A stretch of 21,884 bases of DNA from Candidatus Bipolaricaulia bacterium (GCA_042219045.1 JBDGQO010000093.1:1-21884), one strand, 5' to 3'; counted from the first letter of the stretch, positions 1 to 8,346 are shown. Program-made: numbers and translations. The notes: generated by a model from the sequence alone, not told the origin.

Positions 1-45
1 GAGTGGCTCAATGCCGCCCGTGGCGCCGCCAGCGGCATGAACTAA
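1..45 (+). CDS. possible 3' end of a gene entering from upstream (EWLNAARGAASGMN*)
   Basis: Frame 1 is open from base 1 to TAA at 43-45 and is followed by a terminator-like hairpin; too short to assign. Confidence 0.3.
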   Translation, partial: EWLNAARGAASGMN

Positions 46-71
46 AATCGAGCAGAGAACGTGCTCCAATG

Positions 72-101
72 GAAAGGGGGCCGGCTCCCGGCCCCCTTTT
101 C
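72..101. terminator. intrinsic terminator, possibly bidirectional
   Basis: AAAGGGGGCCGG-CTC-CCGGCCCCCTTT perfect inverted repeat followed by TCTTATTT. Confidence 0.75.
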
Positions 102-162
102 TTATTTCCGACGTGCTCGCGCTTCACCTGATTGGATGCATCGATACACGAAGGGGAAATTC

Positions 163-1179
163 ATGCCTTACAACGTTGGCCTAACGCGTCGATCCTTCCT
201 GAAGCGCAGCGGCATGGCCACCGCCGCTGGTGCCGCTGGGCTCGTCCTTGGGCTCCCATCGGTTGCTTACGGCGCTCCGAGTGACGTCCGCGTCGACGCG
301 CGTGGCTCGATTCAAAGCGCGGTCGACCGGGTGGCCGAAGGCGGCACGGTCCGGGTTGCGCCCGGAGTCTATCGCGAAACGGTGGTCATCGATAAGCCCT
401 TGACGGTTCTCTCCGAGGCGGGCCCTCGGTCCACGATCGTCAAAGCGGATCCGGAGCGCTTTGCGTACGAAGACCGGGCCATCGACGACATCGTCGTGGG
501 CGCGTTCAACGTCTATCAGACGCCGGATGTGACCGTTCGGGGATTCACGGTGACTGACGCCCTAGAGGGCGTCTGGGCCACGTTGGCTCAGCGCGTGAGC
601 ATCGCGGACATGATCTCGTTCAGCAACGACAGCTCCGGGTACTACTTCTGGTCGTGCCAGGATGCGGAATTGACCGACAGTTGGGGGTATGACAACGCCG
701 TCGGCATGTATCAGGGCCAATCCGGCGAGGTGAGCGTGGCGCGTTCGCTGTTCATGTTCAACCGTTCCGGGACCGCCCCCCATCTGAACGATCTGGAGTT
801 TCCCGGCGTGGGGATCCTTGTCGGCAACCTCTCCAATGCCGGGCGCATTGCCGGCTGTCACTGCCTCAACAACCGGGATGCCGGCGTCCGCGTCAACTTC
901 CGCATACAAAACATCATAATTGAAGAAAACGAGATTCGCCACAATCGGGCCGGGGTCGTGATCGGCGAAACTCAGAACGTCGTCCATCGCAACAACATCG
1001 TGGACAATGCCGAATTCGGCCTTGACACCGCCCTGTCGATCGACGCCACGAACAACTGGTGGGGCGATCCATCTGGGCCCTCAGGCGCCGGTCCGGGCCG
1101 AGGTGACGTCGTCACCTCATCGGCCCAATTCGATCCGTGGCTGTCGGCACCCGTCGACGTCGCGCCAATCGAGATCTGA
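163..1179 (+). CDS. Tat-exported right-handed parallel beta-helix repeat protein (NosD/CASH, pectin-lyase-like fold)
   Basis: ATG at 163 after AAGGGG; TRRSFLK twin-arginine motif and h-region ending AYG; SIQSAVD..G.TVRVAPGVYRETVVIDK cap motif; Asn-ladder repeats; C-terminal DATNNWWGDPSGP motif. Confidence 0.8.
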   Translation: MPYNVGLTRRSFLKRSGMATAAGAAGLVLGLPSVAYGAPSDVRVDARGSIQSAVDRVAEGGTVRVAPGVYRETVVIDKPLTVLSEAGPRSTIVKADPERFAYEDRAIDDIVVGAFNVYQTPDVTVRGFTVTDALEGVWATLAQRVSIADMISFSNDSSGYYFWSCQDAELTDSWGYDNAVGMYQGQSGEVSVARSLFMFNRSGTAPHLNDLEFPGVGILVGNLSNAGRIAGCHCLNNRDAGVRVNFRIQNIIIEENEIRHNRAGVVIGETQNVVHRNNIVDNAEFGLDTALSIDATNNWWGDPSGPSGAGPGRGDVVTSSAQFDPWLSAPVDVAPIEI

Positions 1180-1341
1180 GTTCTCGGGCCTGCGGCCCCG
1201 TGGCGTTAGGCCGGCCCGATCAAGCCCTATTTGGGATGGCCTTGGGCATGCCGACCTTGACTTGTCTCCTGGTATCGTCCCCATACGTCGCAAAGAGCGA
1301 ATGTCGCGGGATTGCGTTGGTTTCTATGTGGCGAGTCTCGG

Positions 1342-1749
1342 CTACCAGCCCGATGGGAGGTTCCAACAGCCGGGCGTGATCAGCTCCACGGAGTTGCCGT
1401 CCGGGTCGCGAAAGTAGAGCGACTTGCCGCCCGGCGGCCAGTCGACCTCCTGCTCTATCTCCACCCGATGGTCCCTGAGGCGCCCCCGCCACGCGTCGAG
1501 ATCGCCCCAATTGATGCCGAGCGCGACGTGCCCTGAGCCCGTGGCCCCGTGGGCGGGAACGGCGCCGCCGGCTCGGCTGGTTTCGGGGTCGAACAGGAGC
1601 AGAAGCCCCTCGCCGACTCGGAAAAAGACGTGACGCCCTTCTTTCTTCATGACCTGTGGCAACCCCAGAACGTCGCGATAGAACGCTTCCGCACGCTCCA
1701 GGTCGTCCACGTAAAGCGCGGCCTCGACGACGTCGTGAATCTCGGGCAT
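1342..1749 (-). CDS. VOC/glyoxalase/bleomycin-resistance family protein
   Basis: EAALYVDDLERAEAFYRDVLG, GHVAL and SLYFRDPDGNSVEL motifs. Confidence 0.9.
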   Translation of the reverse strand: MPEIHDVVEAALYVDDLERAEAFYRDVLGLPQVMKKEGRHVFFRVGEGLLLLFDPETSRAGGAVPAHGATGSGHVALGINWGDLDAWRGRLRDHRVEIEQEVDWPPGGKSLYFRDPDGNSVELITPGCWNLPSGW

Positions 1750-1800
1750 CGCGGGCGATGGTAACGGATGGTCGGCAATGGACGCGAGCGCTCGCCAGCC

Positions 1801-2997
1801 TCAGTTATTGGCCCCAAGGCCGTTCGGCAGGTGAGCGAGCACACGTTGGCGAACGGCTTGCGGGTCCGGCAGGTCGCGGAGGAGCTCCCCGTTGGCCAGA
1901 TACTGGACCAGTTGCGGCTCCATCGCCCCTGCGCTTGCGCATGCGGGACAGGTCGACGGCGCCGTGGAAAAGGGCGTCACCGCCCGATGGCCGCAGGACG
2001 AACAGACGTAGAGTTGCTTGGCCCCGGATTCCTTGCCCCGTTTGGCCATGGGATCGCCCTCGATCTCCACGATGTCCATGGCGAAGTCCACCACCGCCGC
2101 GTTGCTGATCGCGGTCCCCACACCGAAGGCGTCGACGACGTCCAGCAGCTCGGGAATGTCGTCCTCGTCGAGGCCGCCGGAGACGAACAGTTGGACGTTC
2201 TCGTAGCCGCGGATGTCGAACTCCCAGCGGACCTCTCCGGCGATCGCCCGCATGTCGCCGCGGCGGGAGGACGTCGTGTCCAGTCGCACGGCGAAGATGT
2301 TGGCATCGAGCAGCTCCACGTTCTCCAAGGATTCGAATTTTTCGTCCCCGAAGGTGTCAACGAGCGCCACGCGCGGCACGTCCGGGTCAATGATCTCGTC
2401 GAAGGCCAACGTCGCCGACGTCGAGTCGCCCAGCACGAGCACCAGCGCGTGCGGGACCGTGCCGACGGCCGACTCGCCGATGAGCTCCGCGCCCGGCACG
2501 CAGGCCACGCCCGCGCAGCCGCCGACGTAGGCCGCCCGCTCGATCATCGGCGCAATGGCGGGGTGCATGCGGCGAGCGCCGAAGCTGTAGACGGGGCGGC
2601 CCTGGGCGGCCGTGACGCATCGGGCGGCTTTGGTGGCAATGCCGCTTGCCTGACACAATTCACCCAGCAGCGCTGTTTCATAGACCGAAAACGTCCGGTA
2701 GTTGGCCTCGACGAGGAGCGCCGGCTCGCCCCCGTTAAAGACCGTTCCTTCGGGCAACGCCCAGACGTCGACGGGTTGGCCTTCCAACAGCGCCATGACC
2801 TCCTCCAGGCCGCAGAGGACGCCCCATTCGCCAACCGGAAGCTTGCGGGCGCGAACTTCCATGACGACGTGACGATCGATCCCCTTGGCGTCCAAAATTT
2901 CCTTGCTCCGCGCGAAATAGACGTCGGTGACGTGGCCGCTGCGGATCGTCTCCGTGGAGCTGACGTGGAAGTCGGGACGTCGATACGCTTGGCTCAT
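1801..2997 (-). CDS. pncB: nicotinate phosphoribosyltransferase (archaeal-like type) with C-terminal 4-Cys motif
   Basis: TDVYF, SFGARRMHP, GTVPHAL, ALVDTF, VRLDT, VSGGLD, AFGVGT, DFAMDIVE and KRGK motifs; CSSC...CPAC near the C-terminus. Confidence 0.9.
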   Translation of the reverse strand: MSQAYRRPDFHVSSTETIRSGHVTDVYFARSKEILDAKGIDRHVVMEVRARKLPVGEWGVLCGLEEVMALLEGQPVDVWALPEGTVFNGGEPALLVEANYRTFSVYETALLGELCQASGIATKAARCVTAAQGRPVYSFGARRMHPAIAPMIERAAYVGGCAGVACVPGAELIGESAVGTVPHALVLVLGDSTSATLAFDEIIDPDVPRVALVDTFGDEKFESLENVELLDANIFAVRLDTTSSRRGDMRAIAGEVRWEFDIRGYENVQLFVSGGLDEDDIPELLDVVDAFGVGTAISNAAVVDFAMDIVEIEGDPMAKRGKESGAKQLYVCSSCGHRAVTPFSTAPSTCPACASAGAMEPQLVQYLANGELLRDLPDPQAVRQRVLAHLPNGLGANN

Positions 2998-3197
2998 GGG
3001 GGAACCTCGCTCTCTCGATCGTCGGTGGACGAGTCGTCGTCCGGGGACGTCTCGTCGGCCAGGTTGAGGTACTTGTCCAGGGCCCGGCGGACCAGCTCAG
3101 AGATGGGCAGGCCCGTTTCGCGTGCTCGGCGCTTGAGCGCTTGGTGTTGGGCTTCGGTGATCGTCCAGTTGACGCGTCGCATGGATGCCGCCGCCAT
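2994..3197 (-). CDS. ribbon-helix-helix (CopG-like) DNA-binding protein with acidic tail
   Basis: MRRVNWTIT strand, then EAQHQALKRRARETG and ISELVRRALDKYL helices; its stop overlaps the pncB start (ATGA); alternative start at 3182. Confidence 0.8.
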   Translation of the reverse strand: MAAASMRRVNWTITEAQHQALKRRARETGLPISELVRRALDKYLNLADETSPDDDSSTDDRESEVPP

Positions 3198-3210
3198 GTG
3201 GGGTGAGGTG

Positions 3211-3240
3211 ATTATAGGGGGTGGAGCAAAGGCCCGTCAA
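3211..3240 (-). promoter_or_regulatory. sigma70-type promoter for RHH-pncB
   Basis: Minus strand TTGACG-N18-TATAAT, 13 nt before the ATG at 3197. Confidence 0.7.
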
Positions 3241-3266
3241 CGTGCGAAGAAACGCAGCAAAGCCGT

Positions 3267-3295
3267 TTGCTCGGTGGGGGGATCTCTGGTAAAGT
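3267..3295 (+). promoter_or_regulatory. sigma70-type promoter for the DUF502-accDA run
   Basis: TTGCTC-N17-TAAAGT with TGn extension; GGAG SD before the ATG at 3314. Confidence 0.5.
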
Positions 3296-3313
3296 TTCTG
3301 CGGAGAATCGCCT

Positions 3314-3997
3314 ATGTGGAAGCTATTTCGGACGCTTTTGATCAGCGGGATCCTGGCCATTCTCCCGCTCGGGCTCACGCTCTGGATCGTCTGGCTGTTG
3401 TATGGGCTAATCTCCAACTGGATCGGTCAGGGCGGATTCATCGGAGCCATCGTCCGGCTCATTCCCGTCGAAGAGATGCCCGACAGCGCGGTCGTCGCGA
3501 TTGGGCTGCTGTTGACGATCGTAGTGATCCTGTTGGTCGGGCTGCTCACGCGGATGTATGTGGGCCGCATGGTCTATAACTACTTCGAGCGGCTCATGTT
3601 GGCGATTCCGATTATGAGCAAGATCTACTCGGCGGTGAAGCAGCTGACCGACGCCGTGTTTGCGCGCGACGCCTCCATGGCGTTCAAGCGGGTGGCGCTC
3701 GTGGAGTTTCCCCGGCGCGGGATCTACATGATCGGCTTCCTCACCAATCGCCAGGTGCCCGGTGTGGAGGAGCTGATGGACGAGGAGATGGTCTCGGTCT
3801 TTCTCATGAGCCCGCCGAACCCGGTCACCGGGTTCTGGGCCATCATGCCGGAACGCGACGTCACGTATCTCGACCACATCACCGTCGAGGAAGGCTTCCG
3901 CATGATCATGTCGCTGGGCATCTCCATTCCGCCCGAGGTCGCGATTCGGCTCCGGGACGGGAAGGTGCCGACGGCGCCGGCCGAGGAGGCCCAATAA
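3314..3997 (+). CDS. DUF502 family membrane protein
   Basis: LISGILAILPLGLTLW, IP..SKIYSAVKQL, VALVEFPRRG.Y.IGF and VFL.SPPNPVTGF motifs; two TM segments. Confidence 0.88.
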   Translation: MWKLFRTLLISGILAILPLGLTLWIVWLLYGLISNWIGQGGFIGAIVRLIPVEEMPDSAVVAIGLLLTIVVILLVGLLTRMYVGRMVYNYFERLMLAIPIMSKIYSAVKQLTDAVFARDASMAFKRVALVEFPRRGIYMIGFLTNRQVPGVEELMDEEMVSVFLMSPPNPVTGFWAIMPERDVTYLDHITVEEGFRMIMSLGISIPPEVAIRLRDGKVPTAPAEEAQ

Positions 3998-3998
3998 G

Positions 3999-4889
3999 AT
4001 GGCAATCTTTCGAGGCAAGCACTACTACAAGGTCAAACTGGACGAGCAACGGCGCGAGGAGAACGTCCTCTGGCTCAAGTGCAAAGCTTGCGGCCAGCTC
4101 GTCTACAAGCGCCGCGTGGAGCAGAACCGCAACATCTGCCCGAAGTGCGGCGAGTATTTCTTTCTGACCGCCCGCGAACGGATCAAACTCCTCGTCGACG
4201 AGGGGACGTTCGAGGACATCTCCCGGCCCATCACGGCCCAGGATCCCCTGGCGTTCGTGGGCCGCAAGCCGTATCCGGACAGCCTCAAGGAGGCCCAAGA
4301 CGAGACCGGGCTGCCCAACGAGATCATCGTCGGAAGCGGCGAGGTGGAGCGCATCCCCGTCGTCCTGACGGTGATGGACTTTCGCTTCATTGGCGGCAGC
4401 ATGGGCAGCGTCATGGGCGAACAGATCGCCCACGGGATCCACACCGCGGCGCGCGAACGACGGCCCTACATTCTGGTCTCTTCAACGGGCGGCGCGCGCA
4501 TGCAGGAGGGCATCCTCAGCCTGATGCAGATGGCGAAGACGACGGCCGCGCGCTTGGCACTCGAAGAGGCCGGCGTGCCGTTCGTGTCCGTGATGACGTA
4601 CCCGACGACGGCGGGCGTGGAAGCGAGCATCGCGAACTTGGGCGATGTCGCCATCGCCGAACGCGGAGCGCTCATCGGCTTTGCCGGCCCGCGCGTCATC
4701 AAACAGACCATCAACCAGGAACTGCCCAGCGACTTCCAGACGGATCAGTTCGCCGTGGAACACGGGATCGTCGACGCCGTCACGAGACGCGAGGAGATGC
4801 CCGGCGAGATCGCGCGGTTATTACGGTTTTTCACGGTTCAGGAGCCAGATCGGGTCAACGGGACGGGAGGTCGGCATGGCGAATCATGA
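3999..4889 (+). CDS. accD: acetyl-CoA carboxylase carboxyltransferase beta subunit
   Basis: WLKCKACG...CPKCG zinc finger, MDFRFIGGSMGSVMGE, GGARMQEGILSLMQMAKT, ALIGFAGPRVI. Confidence 0.93.
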   Translation: MAIFRGKHYYKVKLDEQRREENVLWLKCKACGQLVYKRRVEQNRNICPKCGEYFFLTARERIKLLVDEGTFEDISRPITAQDPLAFVGRKPYPDSLKEAQDETGLPNEIIVGSGEVERIPVVLTVMDFRFIGGSMGSVMGEQIAHGIHTAARERRPYILVSSTGGARMQEGILSLMQMAKTTAARLALEEAGVPFVSVMTYPTTAGVEASIANLGDVAIAERGALIGFAGPRVIKQTINQELPSDFQTDQFAVEHGIVDAVTRREEMPGEIARLLRFFTVQEPDRVNGTGGRHGES

Positions 4890-5889
4890 CGACTCGATGG
4901 AGGACATTCGGCGTACCATTGAGGAGCTGAAGGCTCTCAACGAGAAGGACGGAGTCGACTTCAGCGAGGAGATCAGTCGGCTGGAGGCCAAGCTGAGCGC
5001 GCTGGACGAGGCCGATGGGGACGACACCCAACCCGAGGTCGAGACCAATCCCGATTGGGAGACCGTCAAGCTGGCCCGCCATCCCAAACGGCCGTCGACG
5101 GCTGATTACCTCAACCGTGTCGCCGACGACTACTTTGAGCTTCGCGGCGATCGGATGTATGCGGATGATCGGGCGCTTCTGACGGCGTTGGCCCGGTTCG
5201 GCGAGCGGACGGTCGTCGTCATTGGTCACCAGAAGGGCCACACGGCTGAGGAGAATCAGACGCGCAACTTCGGCATGCCCCATCCCGAAGGCTATCGCAA
5301 AGCGCAACGGGCCATGCGATTGGCCGAGCGATTCGGGTTCCCCGTGCTCAGCCTGATCGACACGCCGGGCGCCTATCCGGGCATCGGCGCTGAGGAACGC
5401 AACATCGGCGGAGCTCTGGCGACCAGCATCTACGAGATGTTCAAGCTGCAGGTGCCGATCGTCGTGACCGTCCTGGGCGAGGGCGGCAGCGGCGGTGCCC
5501 TTGGCATCGGCGTCGGCGACCGCGTGCTCATGATGCAGAACGCCATCTACTCCGTCATCAGCCCGGAAGGCTGCGCGGCCATCATCTGGCGCGATCGGGC
5601 CAAGGCGCCCGAGGCGGCGCGTGCGCTCAAGCTGACGGCCGAGCACCTGAGCGACTTCGGGGTCATCGACGAGATCGTGGCCGAGCCGGAGGGCGGGGCC
5701 CATCAGGATCCGGACGACGCGGCCGAATCGTTGAAGTCGATCCTGTGTCGGCATCTGCAGGAGTTGGAGGGCATGTCGACGGAGGCCCGCCACCAAGCGC
5801 GCCGGGATCGATTCCAGGCGATCGGTCGGTACGAGGAGCTCTCCGAGGCGGTCGAGGCAGCTTCGCGGGGAGGGGTTGATTCCCGATGA
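4876..5889 (+). CDS. accA: acetyl-CoA carboxylase carboxyltransferase alpha subunit
   Basis: ATG at 4876 after GGAGG; ARHPKRP, GHQKG, NFGMPHPEGYRKA, IDTPGAYPGIGAEER, GEGGSGGALG, YSVISPEGCAAI. Confidence 0.95.
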   Translation: MANHDDSMEDIRRTIEELKALNEKDGVDFSEEISRLEAKLSALDEADGDDTQPEVETNPDWETVKLARHPKRPSTADYLNRVADDYFELRGDRMYADDRALLTALARFGERTVVVIGHQKGHTAEENQTRNFGMPHPEGYRKAQRAMRLAERFGFPVLSLIDTPGAYPGIGAEERNIGGALATSIYEMFKLQVPIVVTVLGEGGSGGALGIGVGDRVLMMQNAIYSVISPEGCAAIIWRDRAKAPEAARALKLTAEHLSDFGVIDEIVAEPEGGAHQDPDDAAESLKSILCRHLQELEGMSTEARHQARRDRFQAIGRYEELSEAVEAASRGGVDSR

Positions 5890-6611
5890 CGATGACGGAT
5901 GGCTCAGAGTGCATGGGCGAATGCTCCTGGGTCTTCGATCAGCTGTCGCCGAAGGAGCGGAAGCGACTCCGGGAGATGTCGCGCACGATCGAGTTTCCGC
6001 GCGGCGAGATCATTTTCCAGGAGGGCGAACCGGCGTTCGGCGTCTACATCATCTGCCAAGGGAAGGTGAAGCTCGCCAAGCACTCGCTCAAGGGCAAGAT
6101 CCAGATCCTCAAGTTGCTGGGCCGGGGGGAAGTTCTGGGCGAGAAGACGCTCTTTGATCGCGAAGTCTACACGGCGTATGCCCAGGCGTTGGAGGATACT
6201 CAGGTCCACTTCATTGAGCGCGCGCCGTTTGTGACCCTCTTGCGCGAGCATCCCGAGGTCTCCATCCAGTTCATCGAGAAGTTGAGCCGCGAGCTCAAAG
6301 GGTTCCAAGATAAGCTCATGGAGGCGTCATACGAGGGCAGTTTGGAGCGGCTATCGCGGCTATTGCTCATGATGGCCAAGCAGTACGGCGTGGAGACCGA
6401 TCAAGGGATCGACATCGGCGTCGCACTGAGCCGCCAGGAGCTGGCCGAACTGGCCGGCATTTCCACGGAGACGGCCATCCGGATGCTCTCGCGCATGAAG
6501 GACCGCAGCCTGATCGACATGGAGGGCCAGCGGATCTTCATCGTGGACCGCGACGGCCTCAACCAGATCGCGGAGCCCTTTCTCGTTAGCCTCAAGGAAA
6601 ACCTCCTTTAG
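5886..6611 (+). CDS. Crp/Fnr family transcriptional regulator
   Basis: GEIIFQEGE, G.VKL and GEVLGE cyclic-nucleotide-binding fold; LSRQELAELAGISTETAIRMLS HTH; ATGA overlap with accA. Confidence 0.92.
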   Translation: MTMTDGSECMGECSWVFDQLSPKERKRLREMSRTIEFPRGEIIFQEGEPAFGVYIICQGKVKLAKHSLKGKIQILKLLGRGEVLGEKTLFDREVYTAYAQALEDTQVHFIERAPFVTLLREHPEVSIQFIEKLSRELKGFQDKLMEASYEGSLERLSRLLLMMAKQYGVETDQGIDIGVALSRQELAELAGISTETAIRMLSRMKDRSLIDMEGQRIFIVDRDGLNQIAEPFLVSLKENLL

Positions 6612-6613
6612 CC

Positions 6614-7315
6614 ATGTCGCGCAGGCTGATCGCCTTCGGCGTGGTCGTGGTCGTCTTGGCCGCCTCGAGCGTCGCCTTGATCTGGGCCGGTTTTTCCCTG
6701 CAAGGGCGCTCGCCCATGCAGCAAATGCCGTCTGCATCCCGCGTTTCCTCCGAGTCCTCGAGGGTGTACGCCGTTGATGGTCGCTTGGCCGAGGGCGAAT
6801 ACGACTACGTTTACGAGGACGAAGAGACCGGCCTGACCCTGGCCTGGCGCGTGGAAGGGTCCGAAGCGTCGGTCGATCAAGGCCTGATCTACATCGGCCT
6901 CCACAGCCCCTTGGCCGGCCGTGTGGCGATCGCCTTTGCCACCTCGGGGCCCTACATTGCCGGCGGCGACGTCATCGTCGGCTACGTCCAGGATGGAGAG
7001 CTCACGATCCAGGACCAGTATGGCGACGGGCCGACCAGCAACGTCGTCGATGCCAATACGGGCGGTACCGACGATATCCTGCAGGCGGCCGGCACGGGCG
7101 GGACCGAGGAGACCGGCACGACGATCGAGTTCACGCGGGCGCTCGTCACCCCGGACACGGTCTACGACAAGCCGATTAACGACGACGGTCCCATGCGGGT
7201 GAAGCTCGGTCAGGGGAGATTCAACCACTTCACCGGCTTGGGCGGGGACGAGTGGGCCGTGCTGGACGTCGACTTCTTTGAGGGCGTGGTGAAGTCGATT
7301 CCCCGCTCGCCCTGA
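6614..7315 (+). CDS. N-terminally anchored/exported DOMON-like domain protein
   Basis: N-terminal TM; LAWRV..LIYIGL..VAIAF..GGDVIVGYV..DQY..GGTDDI..TTIEFTR.L..YDKPI pattern typical of DOMON domains. Confidence 0.7.
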   Translation: MSRRLIAFGVVVVVLAASSVALIWAGFSLQGRSPMQQMPSASRVSSESSRVYAVDGRLAEGEYDYVYEDEETGLTLAWRVEGSEASVDQGLIYIGLHSPLAGRVAIAFATSGPYIAGGDVIVGYVQDGELTIQDQYGDGPTSNVVDANTGGTDDILQAAGTGGTEETGTTIEFTRALVTPDTVYDKPINDDGPMRVKLGQGRFNHFTGLGGDEWAVLDVDFFEGVVKSIPRSP

Positions 7316-7332
7316 TTGGACGTGACCCAGGA

Positions 7333-8262
7333 ATGCTGCGCAACCTGTTGATCCGCCTGTCCCAAAGCCAACGCGCCCGTCGCTGGATTAGCTCGTTTCC
7401 GCCGTCAAGGCGCGTGGCCCGGCGCTTCATTGCGGGCGAGACCCTTGACGAAGCGATCGAGACCGTGCGGCAGCTGAACGACCGGGGGCTGTCCGTCACG
7501 CTCAACCACCTCGGCGAGCATACCGAATCCGCCGAGGACGCCCACCGTACCGCGTCGGAGTACGTCGAGCTGCTGGACCGAATCGCGGCGGCGTCGCTCG
7601 ACGCGAACATCTCGGTGAAGCCGAATCAGATGGGGTTGGACGTCGATGAGGACGTCTGCTTCGAGGCCATTCGGACGGTCGCGGAGCATGCCCAGTCGCT
7701 GGGCAACTCGGTTCGCGTCGACATGGAGGGCTCGGACACGGTGGATGCGACGTTGCGCGTCTATGAGCGCCTCCGCGAAGCGGGCTTTGACAACGTCGGG
7801 GTCGTGGTTCAGGCCTATCTCTTCCGCAGCCAGAGCGACGTCGAGCGCCTGATCGAACGAGGAGCCAATGTCCGCTTGTGTAAGGGCGCCTATGCCGAGC
7901 CACAATCGGTGGCGTTTCCGGACAAAGGCGACGTCGACGCGAACTTCCGGTCTTTAGTGAGCATGATGTGGCAGCCGGAGGCGCTCGATCGAGAGACCTA
8001 CGTCGCCGTGGCCACTCACGACGAGCAGCTGATCCGCTGGTGCGAGGACCACGTCCAGACGAACGGGATTCCCCCGAATCGGTTCGAGTTCCAGGTGCTC
8101 TACGGCGTGCGGCGCGATCTGCAGCGGGAGCTGGCCGAGAAGGGCTACCGCGTGCGCGTCTACGTCTCGTACGGGACGGAATGGTATCCGTTCTTCATGC
8201 GCCGCCTCGCGGAGCGGCCGGCCAACATCGTCTTTATTGCCCGGCAACTGCTTCGATCATAG
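7333..8262 (+). CDS. putB: monofunctional proline dehydrogenase
   Basis: RRFIAGE, HLGE, ISVKP, RVDME, QAYL.R, VRLCKGAY.EP, VATHD, EFQVLYG, Y..YG.EWYP.FMRRLAERPAN. Confidence 0.93.
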   Translation: MLRNLLIRLSQSQRARRWISSFPPSRRVARRFIAGETLDEAIETVRQLNDRGLSVTLNHLGEHTESAEDAHRTASEYVELLDRIAAASLDANISVKPNQMGLDVDEDVCFEAIRTVAEHAQSLGNSVRVDMEGSDTVDATLRVYERLREAGFDNVGVVVQAYLFRSQSDVERLIERGANVRLCKGAYAEPQSVAFPDKGDVDANFRSLVSMMWQPEALDRETYVAVATHDEQLIRWCEDHVQTNGIPPNRFEFQVLYGVRRDLQRELAEKGYRVRVYVSYGTEWYPFFMRRLAERPANIVFIARQLLRS

Positions 8263-8346
8263 GAACACGGTTGTGGGAGCTGGTTCTCGTTGGTGTGCCA
8301 GCATCGGGGATCTTCGAGGTCGTTGGACGAGGCCGGATATAGCGAA

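Noticed and set aside
61..162. upstream extensions in the ORF track (61, 4645, 10283, 11681, 13267, 15129, 15236, 16656, 20227)
   Set aside because: They cross terminators, promoters or neighbouring genes; downstream starts fit SD position, gene coupling or family N-termini better
1184..1219. TCGGGCC...GGCCCGA hairpin after the beta-helix gene
   Set aside because: Irregular GC stem with a large loop and no U-tract; it may terminate but is not supportable
2994..3197. RHH gene as the antitoxin of a toxin-antitoxin pair or a plasmid copG
   Set aside because: No toxin or rep gene is adjacent; the downstream gene is a housekeeping enzyme
1768..3579. 603-aa plus-strand ORF
   Set aside because: Antisense shadow of pncB and the RHH gene; no motifs; long open shadow frames are expected at this GC content
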